A DNA stretch of 64,000 nucleotides from Alphaproteobacteria bacterium (GCA_044432975.1 JAWXUC010000004.1:30291-94290); one strand, 5' to 3'. Positions 8,780 through 16,475 are shown, counted from the stretch's first letter. Translations and numbers: made by a program. Notes: a model not told the origin generated them from the sequence alone.

Positions 8780-8943
8780 TTAAAACTCCTAAAAATATTT
8801 TTTATTTCTACATAAAGGGTTTTTTATAAAATTTCAAGTTTTTACTTGCAAAATTAAAAAAAATGATATAGTTAAGCTGTTAACAAAGACACCCTTGGAG
8901 GTTTTTGTTGAACAAATTTAATTATATTTTTAAGGAAAATAAA

Positions 8944-9234
8944 ATGAGTGATTTAACTTTTAATGCACAAAATCGTGATAAAGCAGGTAAGGGGGCAGCT
9001 AGAGAGTGCAGACGTCAAGGACGTATTCCTGCTGTTGTTTATGGCGGAAAACAAGAACCTATGATGATCAGCCTTCATCCTGTTGAATTAGAAAAAGCTT
9101 TGGATATGGTTGGCTTTTATGATATGACAATTGAAATTAATATTGATGGCAAAAAACAAACTGTTAATTGTCAAGATGTTCAATTCCACCCTGTTTCTGA
9201 TGCTCCATTACACGTGGACTTTGTTAGAGTATAA
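8944..9234 (+). CDS. rplY: 50S ribosomal protein L25 (short form)
   Basis: RDKAGKGAARECRRQGRIPAVVYGG motif. ATG at 8944 is preferred over the TTG-extended ORF start at 8905. Followed by pth. Confidence 0.85.
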   Translation: MSDLTFNAQNRDKAGKGAARECRRQGRIPAVVYGGKQEPMMISLHPVELEKALDMVGFYDMTIEINIDGKKQTVNCQDVQFHPVSDAPLHVDFVRV

Positions 9235-9237
9235 CAG

Positions 9238-9792
9238 ATGAAGTTGATTGTTGGACTAGGTAACCCTGGAACACAGTACTTAAATACTCGCCACAATGTT
9301 GGCTTTATGGCACTTGATGAAATATGCAAGTGCCATAGTTTTTGCGATTATAAAAAAAAGTTTAATGGACTTGTTGCTGAAGGTAATATTGACGGGGTTA
9401 AGACTTTGTTGTTAAAGCCTCAGACTTTTATGAATTTGTCAGGCAACTCTGTTTTGGCTGCGGCAAGTTTTTATAAAATTAAGCCAGAAGATATTGTTGT
9501 TATTCATGATGATTTGGATATTGTATTAGGGAAAGTTAAAGCAAAAATTGGTGGCGGAAGTGCTGGGCATAATGGGCTAAAAAGTATTGATAGTAATTTG
9601 GGTAATCAATATTATAGAATTCGCATTGGAATCGGAAATGATAAAGCGCAGGTGATTAATCATGTGCTTGGTAATTTTAACAAAACTGAAAATGAAACTT
9701 TAAGTGTTATCTTTGATAGAATCGCAAATAATATTAATCTTTTGTTAAATGCTGATTTAAATAAGTTTGCATCTATTATTGGTGAAAAATGA
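9238..9792 (+). CDS. pth: Peptidyl-tRNA hydrolase
   Basis: MKLIVGLGNPG...TRHNVGF signature. Confidence 0.95.
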   Translation: MKLIVGLGNPGTQYLNTRHNVGFMALDEICKCHSFCDYKKKFNGLVAEGNIDGVKTLLLKPQTFMNLSGNSVLAAASFYKIKPEDIVVIHDDLDIVLGKVKAKIGGGSAGHNGLKSIDSNLGNQYYRIRIGIGNDKAQVINHVLGNFNKTENETLSVIFDRIANNINLLLNADLNKFASIIGEK

Positions 9793-10274
9793 AAAGAGAA
9801 ACTTCTACATTTGACCTTAGTCATTTTTCAAAAATCTTAAAACCTGTTACAAAAAAAGTATTAGGAAAACATGGTACAGCTAATATTGATTTGATATCAA
9901 ATTGGAAAAGCATTGTGGGGGAAGATATTGGGGCTTATTCTTTGCCTCAGTCTTTGAAGTATAAAACAAAAGAAAAAAACAATGCAACATTGATTGTGGC
10001 TGTTAAAAGCTCAGCTTTTGGTTTGGAGATTAATGCTCGGAAATATTTTATAATTCAAAAGGTCAATGTATTCTTTGGATATCCTTTAGTTGCGGACTTA
10101 TCAACGGTGGTTGCTGATATTATGTCCCCAGAAATTTGTGAAGAAGAAAAAATACTTGTAAGCAAAGATGATGTTGATTATATTAAAGAACAAACATCAG
10201 ATGTTAAGTCAGATGAGCTGAAAAATGCTCTGGAAAATTTAGGAGCATCTATTTTAAGGAGAAATCAAAAGTGA
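9789..10274 (+). CDS. DUF721 (DciA-like) protein
   Basis: WKSIVGEDIGAYS..LIVAVKSSAFGLEI pattern typical of DUF721. Confidence 0.5.
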   Translation: MKRETSTFDLSHFSKILKPVTKKVLGKHGTANIDLISNWKSIVGEDIGAYSLPQSLKYKTKEKNNATLIVAVKSSAFGLEINARKYFIIQKVNVFFGYPLVADLSTVVADIMSPEICEEEKILVSKDDVDYIKEQTSDVKSDELKNALENLGASILRRNQK

Positions 10275-10978
10275 AATTAGATAAAATTGTTGGGCAGTTT
10301 AGTGCTTTGATTGCAGGTGTTGTAACATTTGTTTTTGTTTTTGGAATGTATTTATCTATGAAAGGTTTTGAGTTTTTACCTGATGGTAGATTGGTTTTAG
10401 TAAAAGAAGCTAACGCTAGTGAAAATAAACCTAAAGCAATAGATGCTAATCTTGTTTTGCCTACAGGTTTTGTTATGGGTGATAAGAATGCAAAGGCAAG
10501 TATTTATGAATTTTCTTCTTTTAATTGTTTTCATTGTGCAAAATTTCATTTGAATATATTGCCAGAAATTAAAAAGGAATTTATTGACACAGGAAAGGCT
10601 AATCTTGTTTTTGTGAGTTTTCCTTTAGATGCAAAGTCTATGCAAGGAGCTTTAGTTGCTAGTTGTTTGCCAGAAAATAAACGTTTTGCTTTTATTAATA
10701 AGGTTTTTGAAAATCAAAGAAAATGGGGGATATCTAGTAAAACTGGTGAATATTTTCAAAAATATGCGCTTGAATATGGTATGAGCGAAAAAGATTTTAA
10801 CCAATGTTTGAAAGATGAAAAAAAAGCTAGTGATATTTTAGCTAATCGTCAAGATGCGATGAAAAACTTTAATATTGAGGGAACGCCTTCTTTTTTAATT
10901 GTTAAAGGAAAAGAAAGGTTTATGTTTGAAGGAATACCTTCTTTGAAAAACTTATCAGAGATATTAAATAAAAATTAG
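10271..10978 (+). CDS. DsbA-family/thioredoxin-domain protein, membrane-anchored
   Basis: TM helix followed by the FSSFNCFHCAKFH CxxC motif. Confidence 0.8.
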   Translation: MKLDKIVGQFSALIAGVVTFVFVFGMYLSMKGFEFLPDGRLVLVKEANASENKPKAIDANLVLPTGFVMGDKNAKASIYEFSSFNCFHCAKFHLNILPEIKKEFIDTGKANLVFVSFPLDAKSMQGALVASCLPENKRFAFINKVFENQRKWGISSKTGEYFQKYALEYGMSEKDFNQCLKDEKKASDILANRQDAMKNFNIEGTPSFLIVKGKERFMFEGIPSLKNLSEILNKN

Positions 10979-10981
10979 TAA

Positions 10982-11278
10982 ATGTGTTTTATACTCTCAG
11001 CAATGAAAGATGATATTAAAAAAGTTCAGGAAAGAATAGATGCTTTAAAAACTCCAGAAATTAAAGAAAATTCAACGGGTTTTAGGCGTACTGATTTGGG
11101 TTTTAGAATCGTTGTGGAATTAATTTCTGGAGTGGTTGTTGGAGCTGGAATCGGCTATTTTTTAGATGACTGTTTTAATGTTAAGCCTCTGCTTTTAATC
11201 ATATTTTTGATTTTTGGCGCAATGGCTGGAATCTTAAATGTTTATAGAATCGCAAAAAGAGAGGTGAATCGTGGCTAA
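10982..11278 (+). CDS. atpI: ATP synthase protein I-like (AtpI/AtpZ family)
   Basis: Small two-helix membrane protein directly preceding atpB. The start may instead be the internal ATG at 11003. Confidence 0.6.
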   Translation: MCFILSAMKDDIKKVQERIDALKTPEIKENSTGFRRTDLGFRIVVELISGVVVGAGIGYFLDDCFNVKPLLLIIFLIFGAMAGILNVYRIAKREVNRG

Positions 11279-11993
11279 CCCTATGGAGCAGTTTAATATT
11301 AAACCAATTGTACCGATTGAACTTGGTGGGTTTAATATATCTTTTACAAATTCAGCTTTACTTATGGTATTATCTGTTGTTTGTGTTGCTTTTTTGATTT
11401 TGTTTGGTTTGAGAAAAAAAACTATTGTTCCTTCAATGTCTCAGAGTGTGGTTGAGGGGGTTTATGGGTTTGTTTCTTCTTTGATTACGGAAAACGTTGG
11501 AAAAGAAGGGTTGAAGTATTTTTCTTTTGTGTTTTCTGTGTTTACGTTTATTGCATTTGGTAATTTATTAGGCCTGTTCCCTTATAGCTTTACTTTTACA
11601 TCTCATTTGGCTGCGGTTGGTGGTTTGTCTGTTATTGCGTTATTGTTTAACGTGGTAATTGGAATTAAAAAAAGAAAATTTGGTTATTTGAGAACTTTTT
11701 TACCTAAAGGTATTCCTGTTGCAATTGCGCCACTTATTATACCTATTGAAATTATATCATTTTTATCAAAACCATTTAGCTTGACTGTAAGGTTGGTTGC
11801 TAACATGACTGTTGGTCATATTATGCTTAAAATTATTGCGGGATTTGTTTTTGCGCTAGGAATTGCTGGTGTTGTGCCTTTGGCTTTTAATTGTGCAATT
11901 GTGGTTTTTGAAATTTTTATTGCGTTGCTACAAGCCTTTATTTATACAGCACTAACTTGTATTTATTTGGGTGATGCAATGCATGAACACTAG
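11271..11993 (+). CDS. atpB: F0F1 ATP synthase subunit a
   Basis: Conserved LSLTVRLVANMTVGH and operon context. Confidence 0.95.
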   Translation: MANPMEQFNIKPIVPIELGGFNISFTNSALLMVLSVVCVAFLILFGLRKKTIVPSMSQSVVEGVYGFVSSLITENVGKEGLKYFSFVFSVFTFIAFGNLLGLFPYSFTFTSHLAAVGGLSVIALLFNVVIGIKKRKFGYLRTFLPKGIPVAIAPLIIPIEIISFLSKPFSLTVRLVANMTVGHIMLKIIAGFVFALGIAGVVPLAFNCAIVVFEIFIALLQAFIYTALTCIYLGDAMHEH

Positions 11994-12048
11994 AGTTTTG
12001 GCTCTGTAATTATTATGTTAATATAAACTTTAAAGAAAGGAATTTAAA

Positions 12049-12270
12049 ATGGAACCTATGGCTTATATTGGTGCTGGTATGTGTGCTTTGTCTATGATGG
12101 CTGCTGCTTGGGGTGTGTCTCAAGTTTGGACAACATTGATTGCAACAGTTGGTAGAAACCCTCAAGTTAAAAAAGATGTTGATCTTTATGGTTGGGTTGG
12201 TTTTGCTGCCGTTGAAGCGATTGCATTATATGCACTTGTAATTGCACTTATTATGTTAACAGGGCAATAA
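12049..12270 (+). CDS. atpE: F0F1 ATP synthase subunit c
   Basis: 73-aa hairpin proteolipid (GRNP loop, FAAVEAIALY). Confidence 0.95.
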   Translation: MEPMAYIGAGMCALSMMAAAWGVSQVWTTLIATVGRNPQVKKDVDLYGWVGFAAVEAIALYALVIALIMLTGQ

Positions 12271-12273
12271 TAA

Positions 12274-12705
12274 ATGCCTCAGTTAGACCCAACTTGGTTT
12301 GTATCGCAATTTTTTTGGTTGTGCATTTGTTTTGGAATGCTTTATTTTGTGGTGTCAAAGTTTTTGGCACCGCAAATGACCAAAATTTTAGAAACTCGTC
12401 AACACAAAATTGATGCATACATTAATAAGGCTCAAAGCTTTAAGGATGAAGCTGAAAAGTCTTTGAAAGAATATGAATCTGCTCTTAAAAAAGCAAAAGA
12501 TAAAGTCGATAATCAAATTGCAACTCAGCAAAAAGATTTGGAAAAGTTGATTGATGATAAAAATCAGGAAGTAACAGATAAGATAAATCAAGAAGTTAAG
12601 AAAACTCAAGATTTTGTTCTTAAAGCTAAAAAATCTGCGTTGGATAAAATTGATGAGATTGCTTCTGATTTAAGTAAAGAAATAATTAAAAAATTGGATG
12701 TTTAA
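12274..12705 (+). CDS. atpF2: F0F1 ATP synthase subunit b'
   Basis: N-terminal TM plus a long charged coiled coil; first of two b-type genes, as in alphaproteobacteria. Confidence 0.8.
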   Translation: MPQLDPTWFVSQFFWLCICFGMLYFVVSKFLAPQMTKILETRQHKIDAYINKAQSFKDEAEKSLKEYESALKKAKDKVDNQIATQQKDLEKLIDDKNQEVTDKINQEVKKTQDFVLKAKKSALDKIDEIASDLSKEIIKKLDV

Positions 12706-13246
12706 TATGAATAAAAGCATTTTTACTGTGTTTATGTTGTTGTCAACTCCTGCCTTTGCATCTCATGGGCCTGGGCCTTTTTATCAAGATTCTCATTTTT
12801 GGGTGGCGATTTCTTTTGTGTTGGTGATTTGTTTAATTGCAAAGCCTGTTGGAAAAGCGGTTGTGGGAATGTTAAAAGGCAAAATTAATAGTGTTGTAAC
12901 AGCTATTGAAAATGCTAGCAATTTGCGTAATGATGCACAAAAACTTTTGTTGGAATATGAAAAAAAACAAAAGAATGTTAAGCAAGAAGTTGATGCTATT
13001 TTAAAAGATGCTAAAGAGCAAACAAGTTTGTTAAAAAAAGAGGCTTTGGCAAAAATTGATGCTGAGTTAAAGCAAAAAGAAAATGAATTGGCATCTAAAA
13101 TTAGTGTTATGGAAAATAATGCTAAAGAAGAAATTACAAATATTATTGCGGATAAAGTAATGGCTAATGTTAAAGATTATGTTGCTAAGAAAAATGATGC
13201 AAAAACCCAAGAGAAATTTGTAAATAAAGTTATTGAAAATTTATAA
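12698..13246 (+). CDS. atpF: F0F1 ATP synthase subunit b
   Basis: TM plus coiled coil; second b-type gene of the F0 operon. Confidence 0.8.
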   Translation: MFNMNKSIFTVFMLLSTPAFASHGPGPFYQDSHFWVAISFVLVICLIAKPVGKAVVGMLKGKINSVVTAIENASNLRNDAQKLLLEYEKKQKNVKQEVDAILKDAKEQTSLLKKEALAKIDAELKQKENELASKISVMENNAKEEITNIIADKVMANVKDYVAKKNDAKTQEKFVNKVIENL

Positions 13247-13260
13247 AAAGATAAAATCAA

Positions 13261-14493
13261 ATGAATAAAAAAAATATTCCTTTCACCAAAGAGCAGGTGG
13301 CATCTTTGGCGACTACTCCGTTTTATGTATATGATAAAAAAGCAATGCTTGATAATGCAAGCAAATTTATTAATGCTTTTTCTTGGGCAAAAGGTTTTAA
13401 GAATTTTTTTGCGGTAAAAGCTTTGCCCAATCCTAGTATTATAAAAGCTTTAAATGGAATCGGTATGGGATGTGATTGTTCTTCTTTAACAGAGTTGATG
13501 ATGGCAGAAAAATTGGGTTTGAGTGGCAATAATATCATGTTTACTTCAAATAATACTCCAGTTGAAGAATTTGTTAAAGCAAAAGAATTAAGCGCTATTA
13601 TCAACTTTGATGACATTACTCATATTAAATTTTATGAAGAAAATATAGGTGAGTTGCCAGAGACTGTTTGTTTTAGATACAACCCAGGGGCATTAAAAGA
13701 AGGTAATGATATTATTGGAAACCCTCGTGAGGCAAAATATGGTTTGACTTTAGAACAAATGTTTGAGGCTTATGAATATGTAAAAAGCAAAGGCGTTAAA
13801 CGTTTGGGGTTGCACACAATGGTGGCTTCTAACGAGACTAATGCAGATTATTTTGTAGAAACTGCAAAAATTATTTTTGAACTTGCTTTGCGTTTGAAAA
13901 AAGAAAAAAATATTCAAATAGATTTTATTAATCTTGGTGGTGGTTTGGGTATTCCGTATTTTCCTTATGAAAAGCCTTTAGATATTCAAGAGATTTCAGA
14001 TAAAATTAAAGCTGAATATAATGCTTTATTAAAAGAAAATGGTTTAGAGCCAGAGCTTTATTTTGAATGCGGAAGATATGTTACAGGTCCTTATGGATAT
14101 TTGGTTACAAAAGCAATTCACAAAAAAGAAACTTATAAAAATTATATTGGTGTAGATGCTTGTATGGTTAATTTGATGCGTCCTGCTTTGTATGGGGCTT
14201 ATCATCATATTTCTGTTATGGGTAAAGAAAATGAAGAGCATAATTATACTTATGATGTGGTTGGTGCATTGTGCGAGAATAATGATAAATTTGCCATAGA
14301 TAGAGCTTTGCCTAAAATTGAAAATGGTGATTTTTTGGTAATTTCAGATGCTGGAGCTCATGGTTCTGCAATGGGTTTTAATTATAACGGCAAACTTAAA
14401 TGCGCAGAATATTTCTTAAACCAAGATGGAAGCTTTGAAATGATTAGAAGAGCAGAAACTCCAGACGATTATTTTGCAACGTTGAATTTTTAG
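13261..14493 (+). CDS. lysA: Diaminopimelate decarboxylase-family PLP enzyme (Orn/DAP/Arg decarboxylase fold)
   Basis: TPFYVYD...FFAVKALPN (PLP lysine)...GCDCSSLTE...GGGLGIPY motifs. Confidence 0.75.
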   Translation: MNKKNIPFTKEQVASLATTPFYVYDKKAMLDNASKFINAFSWAKGFKNFFAVKALPNPSIIKALNGIGMGCDCSSLTELMMAEKLGLSGNNIMFTSNNTPVEEFVKAKELSAIINFDDITHIKFYEENIGELPETVCFRYNPGALKEGNDIIGNPREAKYGLTLEQMFEAYEYVKSKGVKRLGLHTMVASNETNADYFVETAKIIFELALRLKKEKNIQIDFINLGGGLGIPYFPYEKPLDIQEISDKIKAEYNALLKENGLEPELYFECGRYVTGPYGYLVTKAIHKKETYKNYIGVDACMVNLMRPALYGAYHHISVMGKENEEHNYTYDVVGALCENNDKFAIDRALPKIENGDFLVISDAGAHGSAMGFNYNGKLKCAEYFLNQDGSFEMIRRAETPDDYFATLNF

Positions 14494-14529
14494 AAATATA
14501 ATAATTGATTGTATTAGCTATACTGGTTT

Positions 14530-14551
14530 GTAGGGGCGATTATTAATCGCC
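14530..14551 (+). repeat. REP element (GTAGGG head)
   Basis: GTAGGGGCGAT-TATTA-ATCGCC. Confidence 0.7.
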
Positions 14552-14592
14552 ATCATTGCCGTAAGGCAATGAAAATAAGGATGTTTGTTGTC

Positions 14593-14615
14593 GGGAGACC
14601 ATTGGTCTCCCCTAC
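14593..14615 (-). repeat. REP element in inverted orientation
   Basis: GGGAGACC-ATTG-GTCTCCCCTAC (reverse complement begins GTAGGGGAGACC). Confidence 0.7.
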
Positions 14616-14651
14616 TTTTTTCAGTGCAAAAAACAATCAATTAATGCTATA

Positions 14652-14811
14652 TAGACCATTTTACGAAAAGATAGAATCCCTTTGCTCGTCTTTTGCTTTT
14701 TGTTCTTTATTTTTATTTATAAACTGTAGTCCACTACACTTCATAAATAAAAATAAATTCAAAAAACAAAATCCTTCACAGGCATATTCTATCTTTTCGT
14801 AAAATGGTCTA
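14652..14811. mobile_element. 160-bp palindromic MITE (copy A)
   Basis: Perfect 26-bp terminal inverted repeats TAGACCATTTTACGAAAAGATAGAAT (14652-14677 / 14786-14811). The internal core TTTGCTCGTCTTTT...AAAATCCTTCACA is shared with 33261-33424 and 58124-58287. Confidence 0.8.
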
Positions 14812-14831
14812 GCTGAATGATTATATTTTTA

Positions 14832-14859
14832 TTGCAATTTGTTTTAATTGATTTATATT
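14832..14859 (+). promoter_or_regulatory. Sigma-70-type promoter of structured RNA copy 1
   Basis: TTGCAA (14832-14837), 16-nt spacer, TATATT (14854-14859). Equivalent boxes lie at the same distance in the other two copies. Confidence 0.55.
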
Positions 14860-14866
14860 TGTTTTT

Positions 14867-15038
14867 AGTCGGGATGGCTCGGCGGAAATTATTGTGTATG
14901 GTGTCTGAAAAACACTTACATGGAACTTCACTGTTAAAGGTGGAGTGTTCGGATAGGGCTATATGCTTAAGAAGAACGGCTGCCATGTACAGTTTTTCAG
15001 CTCCACCACTGATTTTTATAATTCAGTGGTTTTGTTTT
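14867..15038 (+). ncRNA. Unclassified structured RNA / leader, copy 1 of 3
   Basis: Paralogue of 28792-28957(-) and 56151-56322(-). Helices P0, P1, P1b, P2 and P3 are kept by compensatory changes. Carries the invariant CAGTTTTTCAGCTCCACCACT and ends in CCACTGA..TCAGTGG + TTTTGTTTT. Confidence 0.75.
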
Positions 15039-15063
15039 AACTATAACAAAATGGAGTGAAAAA

Positions 15064-15282
15064 ATGAATTTTAATAAAACTATGAAAGAGCTTGGAAAGC
15101 AGGTTTTTGACTTAAGACAAGAGCAGGGGTTAAGCTTGCAAAAGTTATCAGGAATTTCTGGAATAAAGAAGAAAAAGTTAGAAAAACTAGAGTTGGGTTT
15201 GACTGAAATAGATATAGGTACAATTAAAAAAATAGCAAAATTTTATGGTGAAGATGCTAAAATAATTTTAGATAATCAATAG
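15064..15282 (+). CDS. Small Xre/Cro-type helix-turn-helix protein (72 aa)
   Basis: GGAG RBS; LSLQKLSGISGIKKKKLEKLELG HTH pattern; paralogue at 28545-28772. Confidence 0.75.
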   Translation: MNFNKTMKELGKQVFDLRQEQGLSLQKLSGISGIKKKKLEKLELGLTEIDIGTIKKIAKFYGEDAKIILDNQ

Positions 15283-15298
15283 GTTGTGTTTGTTTTTA

Positions 15299-15336
15299 AT
15301 ATTCTAGATTTCTAGAATTCTAGAAATCTAGAATAT
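15299..15336. repeat. Perfect 38-bp palindrome rich in CTAG
   Basis: ATATTCTAGATTTCTAGAA|TTCTAGAAATCTAGAATAT; a further half-site GAAATCTAGAATATA lies at 15341-15355. Confidence 0.9.
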
Positions 15337-15460
15337 GTGTGAAATCTAGAATATAAGTTGATTGAGTGTTTTTTTACCCCCTTTTGTTACTGGCGTGACA
15401 TTTTCCCCGCAAGGGGCAAATGATATAGCAAACGCAAAATTATTTGATTGCATATCTCTT

Positions 15461-15532
15461 GTAGGGAACAGTCTTGACTGTTCCTTGTATAATATGGCTA
15501 ATTTCAAAGGAATGGTCAAGACCATTCCCTAC
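15461..15532. repeat. REPIN (two inverted GTAGGG-head REPs)
   Basis: GTAGGGAACAGTCTTGACTGTTCC (15461-15484) and GGAATGGTCAAGACCATTCCCTAC (15509-15532). Confidence 0.8.
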
Positions 15533-15664
15533 AAATTATTATAAAACACAATCATTTATTTTTGCCTTAGCTATAGTAGAAATACTTTTTTATTTTTAAT
15601 AAAATTTTTTGTTGCCTAATCTGATTTTTGTTGTATTTTAGTACTAATTTATAAGGAGCTTTTT

Positions 15665-15922
15665 ATGAATATAGAGCAAGAGATTGAAAAAATTAAACAA
15701 AGAAATACAAAAGTTGAGGCAGATAAAGCTTGGGAAGTTAGTAGAATTAGAAAACTTATTGTTGCTTTTTTAACATATTTTGTTATGATTTGTGTTATGT
15801 TTTCTTTAGGTTTGGATAGTCCTTTTATTGGAGCAATAATTCCAACATTAGGTTTTCTTCTCTCAACAGTTGGTGCTGATTTAATTAAAAAAATATGGGT
15901 GAATAAAGTTTATAAAAAATAA
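15665..15922 (+). CDS. Small membrane protein (85 aa), hypothetical
   Basis: AGGAG RBS; two predicted TM helices. Confidence 0.45.
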   Translation: MNIEQEIEKIKQRNTKVEADKAWEVSRIRKLIVAFLTYFVMICVMFSLGLDSPFIGAIIPTLGFLLSTVGADLIKKIWVNKVYKK

Positions 15923-15924
15923 GA

Positions 15925-16464
15925 GTGGTATTTATGGTAGAATATTTTGATGTGCTTGATGATAGTGGAAATTTAACAGGAGAAGCAAAGCCTAGAGATG
16001 AGGTTCATGCTAATGGCTTGTGGCATAAGGCTGTTCATGTTTGGATTGTTAATGATAAAGATGAAATTCTGCTTCAAAAACGTGCTTCTTGCAAAGAAAG
16101 CTTTCCTGATATGTGGGATATTTCTGCGGCAGGGCATTTAAGTGCGGGAGACGATACAATTACAGGTGCTATTAGAGAGATTGAAGAAGAGTTAGGGTTT
16201 TTAATTACAGCAGAAGAGCTTCAATATATTGGTTCTCAAAAAGTAACGCAATTTGTTAAAGAGGGTTTTATTAATAATGAATTTAATGATATTTTTGTCC
16301 TGAGACGCTCTTTAGATTTAAGTAAATTAGTTTTGCAAGAAGAAGAGGTGAATGAAGTGAAATATATTCCGCTTTCAACATTAAAAGAAATGGTTGCAAA
16401 CAGAGATGAAACATTATTAATGCACGATGAAGGTTATAAAATCTTATTTAAGGCATTAGGTTAG
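15925..16464 (+). CDS. NUDIX hydrolase
   Basis: Nudix box GHLSAGDDTITGAIREIEEELGF. Confidence 0.85.
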   Translation: MVFMVEYFDVLDDSGNLTGEAKPRDEVHANGLWHKAVHVWIVNDKDEILLQKRASCKESFPDMWDISAAGHLSAGDDTITGAIREIEEELGFLITAEELQYIGSQKVTQFVKEGFINNEFNDIFVLRRSLDLSKLVLQEEEVNEVKYIPLSTLKEMVANRDETLLMHDEGYKILFKALG

Positions 16465-16475
16465 AAAAATATAAA

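Noticed and set aside
8905-8943. Extended L25 start at TTG 8905
   Set aside because: The extension has no L25 homology. The ATG at 8944 gives the conserved MSDLTFNAQ..R N-terminus.
14992-15010. GCTCCACCA in the repeated RNA as a tmRNA/tRNA-like 3' end (possible two-piece alphaproteobacterial tmRNA)
   Set aside because: No T-arm (GGTTCGA-type) precedes it, there is no tag reading frame, the motif is embedded in a terminator stem, and there are three copies. This is inconsistent with ssrA.
14569-15059. Three overlapping ORFs (14569-14802 +, 14789-14986 -, 14817-15059 +)
   Set aside because: They cover a REP, the 160-bp MITE and the structured RNA. The sequence constraint there is explained by base pairing and TIRs, not by codons.
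15362-15544. 60-aa ORF
   Set aside because: It is made of the REPIN at 15461-15532 and a CCCC-GCAA-GGGG hairpin, and has no RBS.
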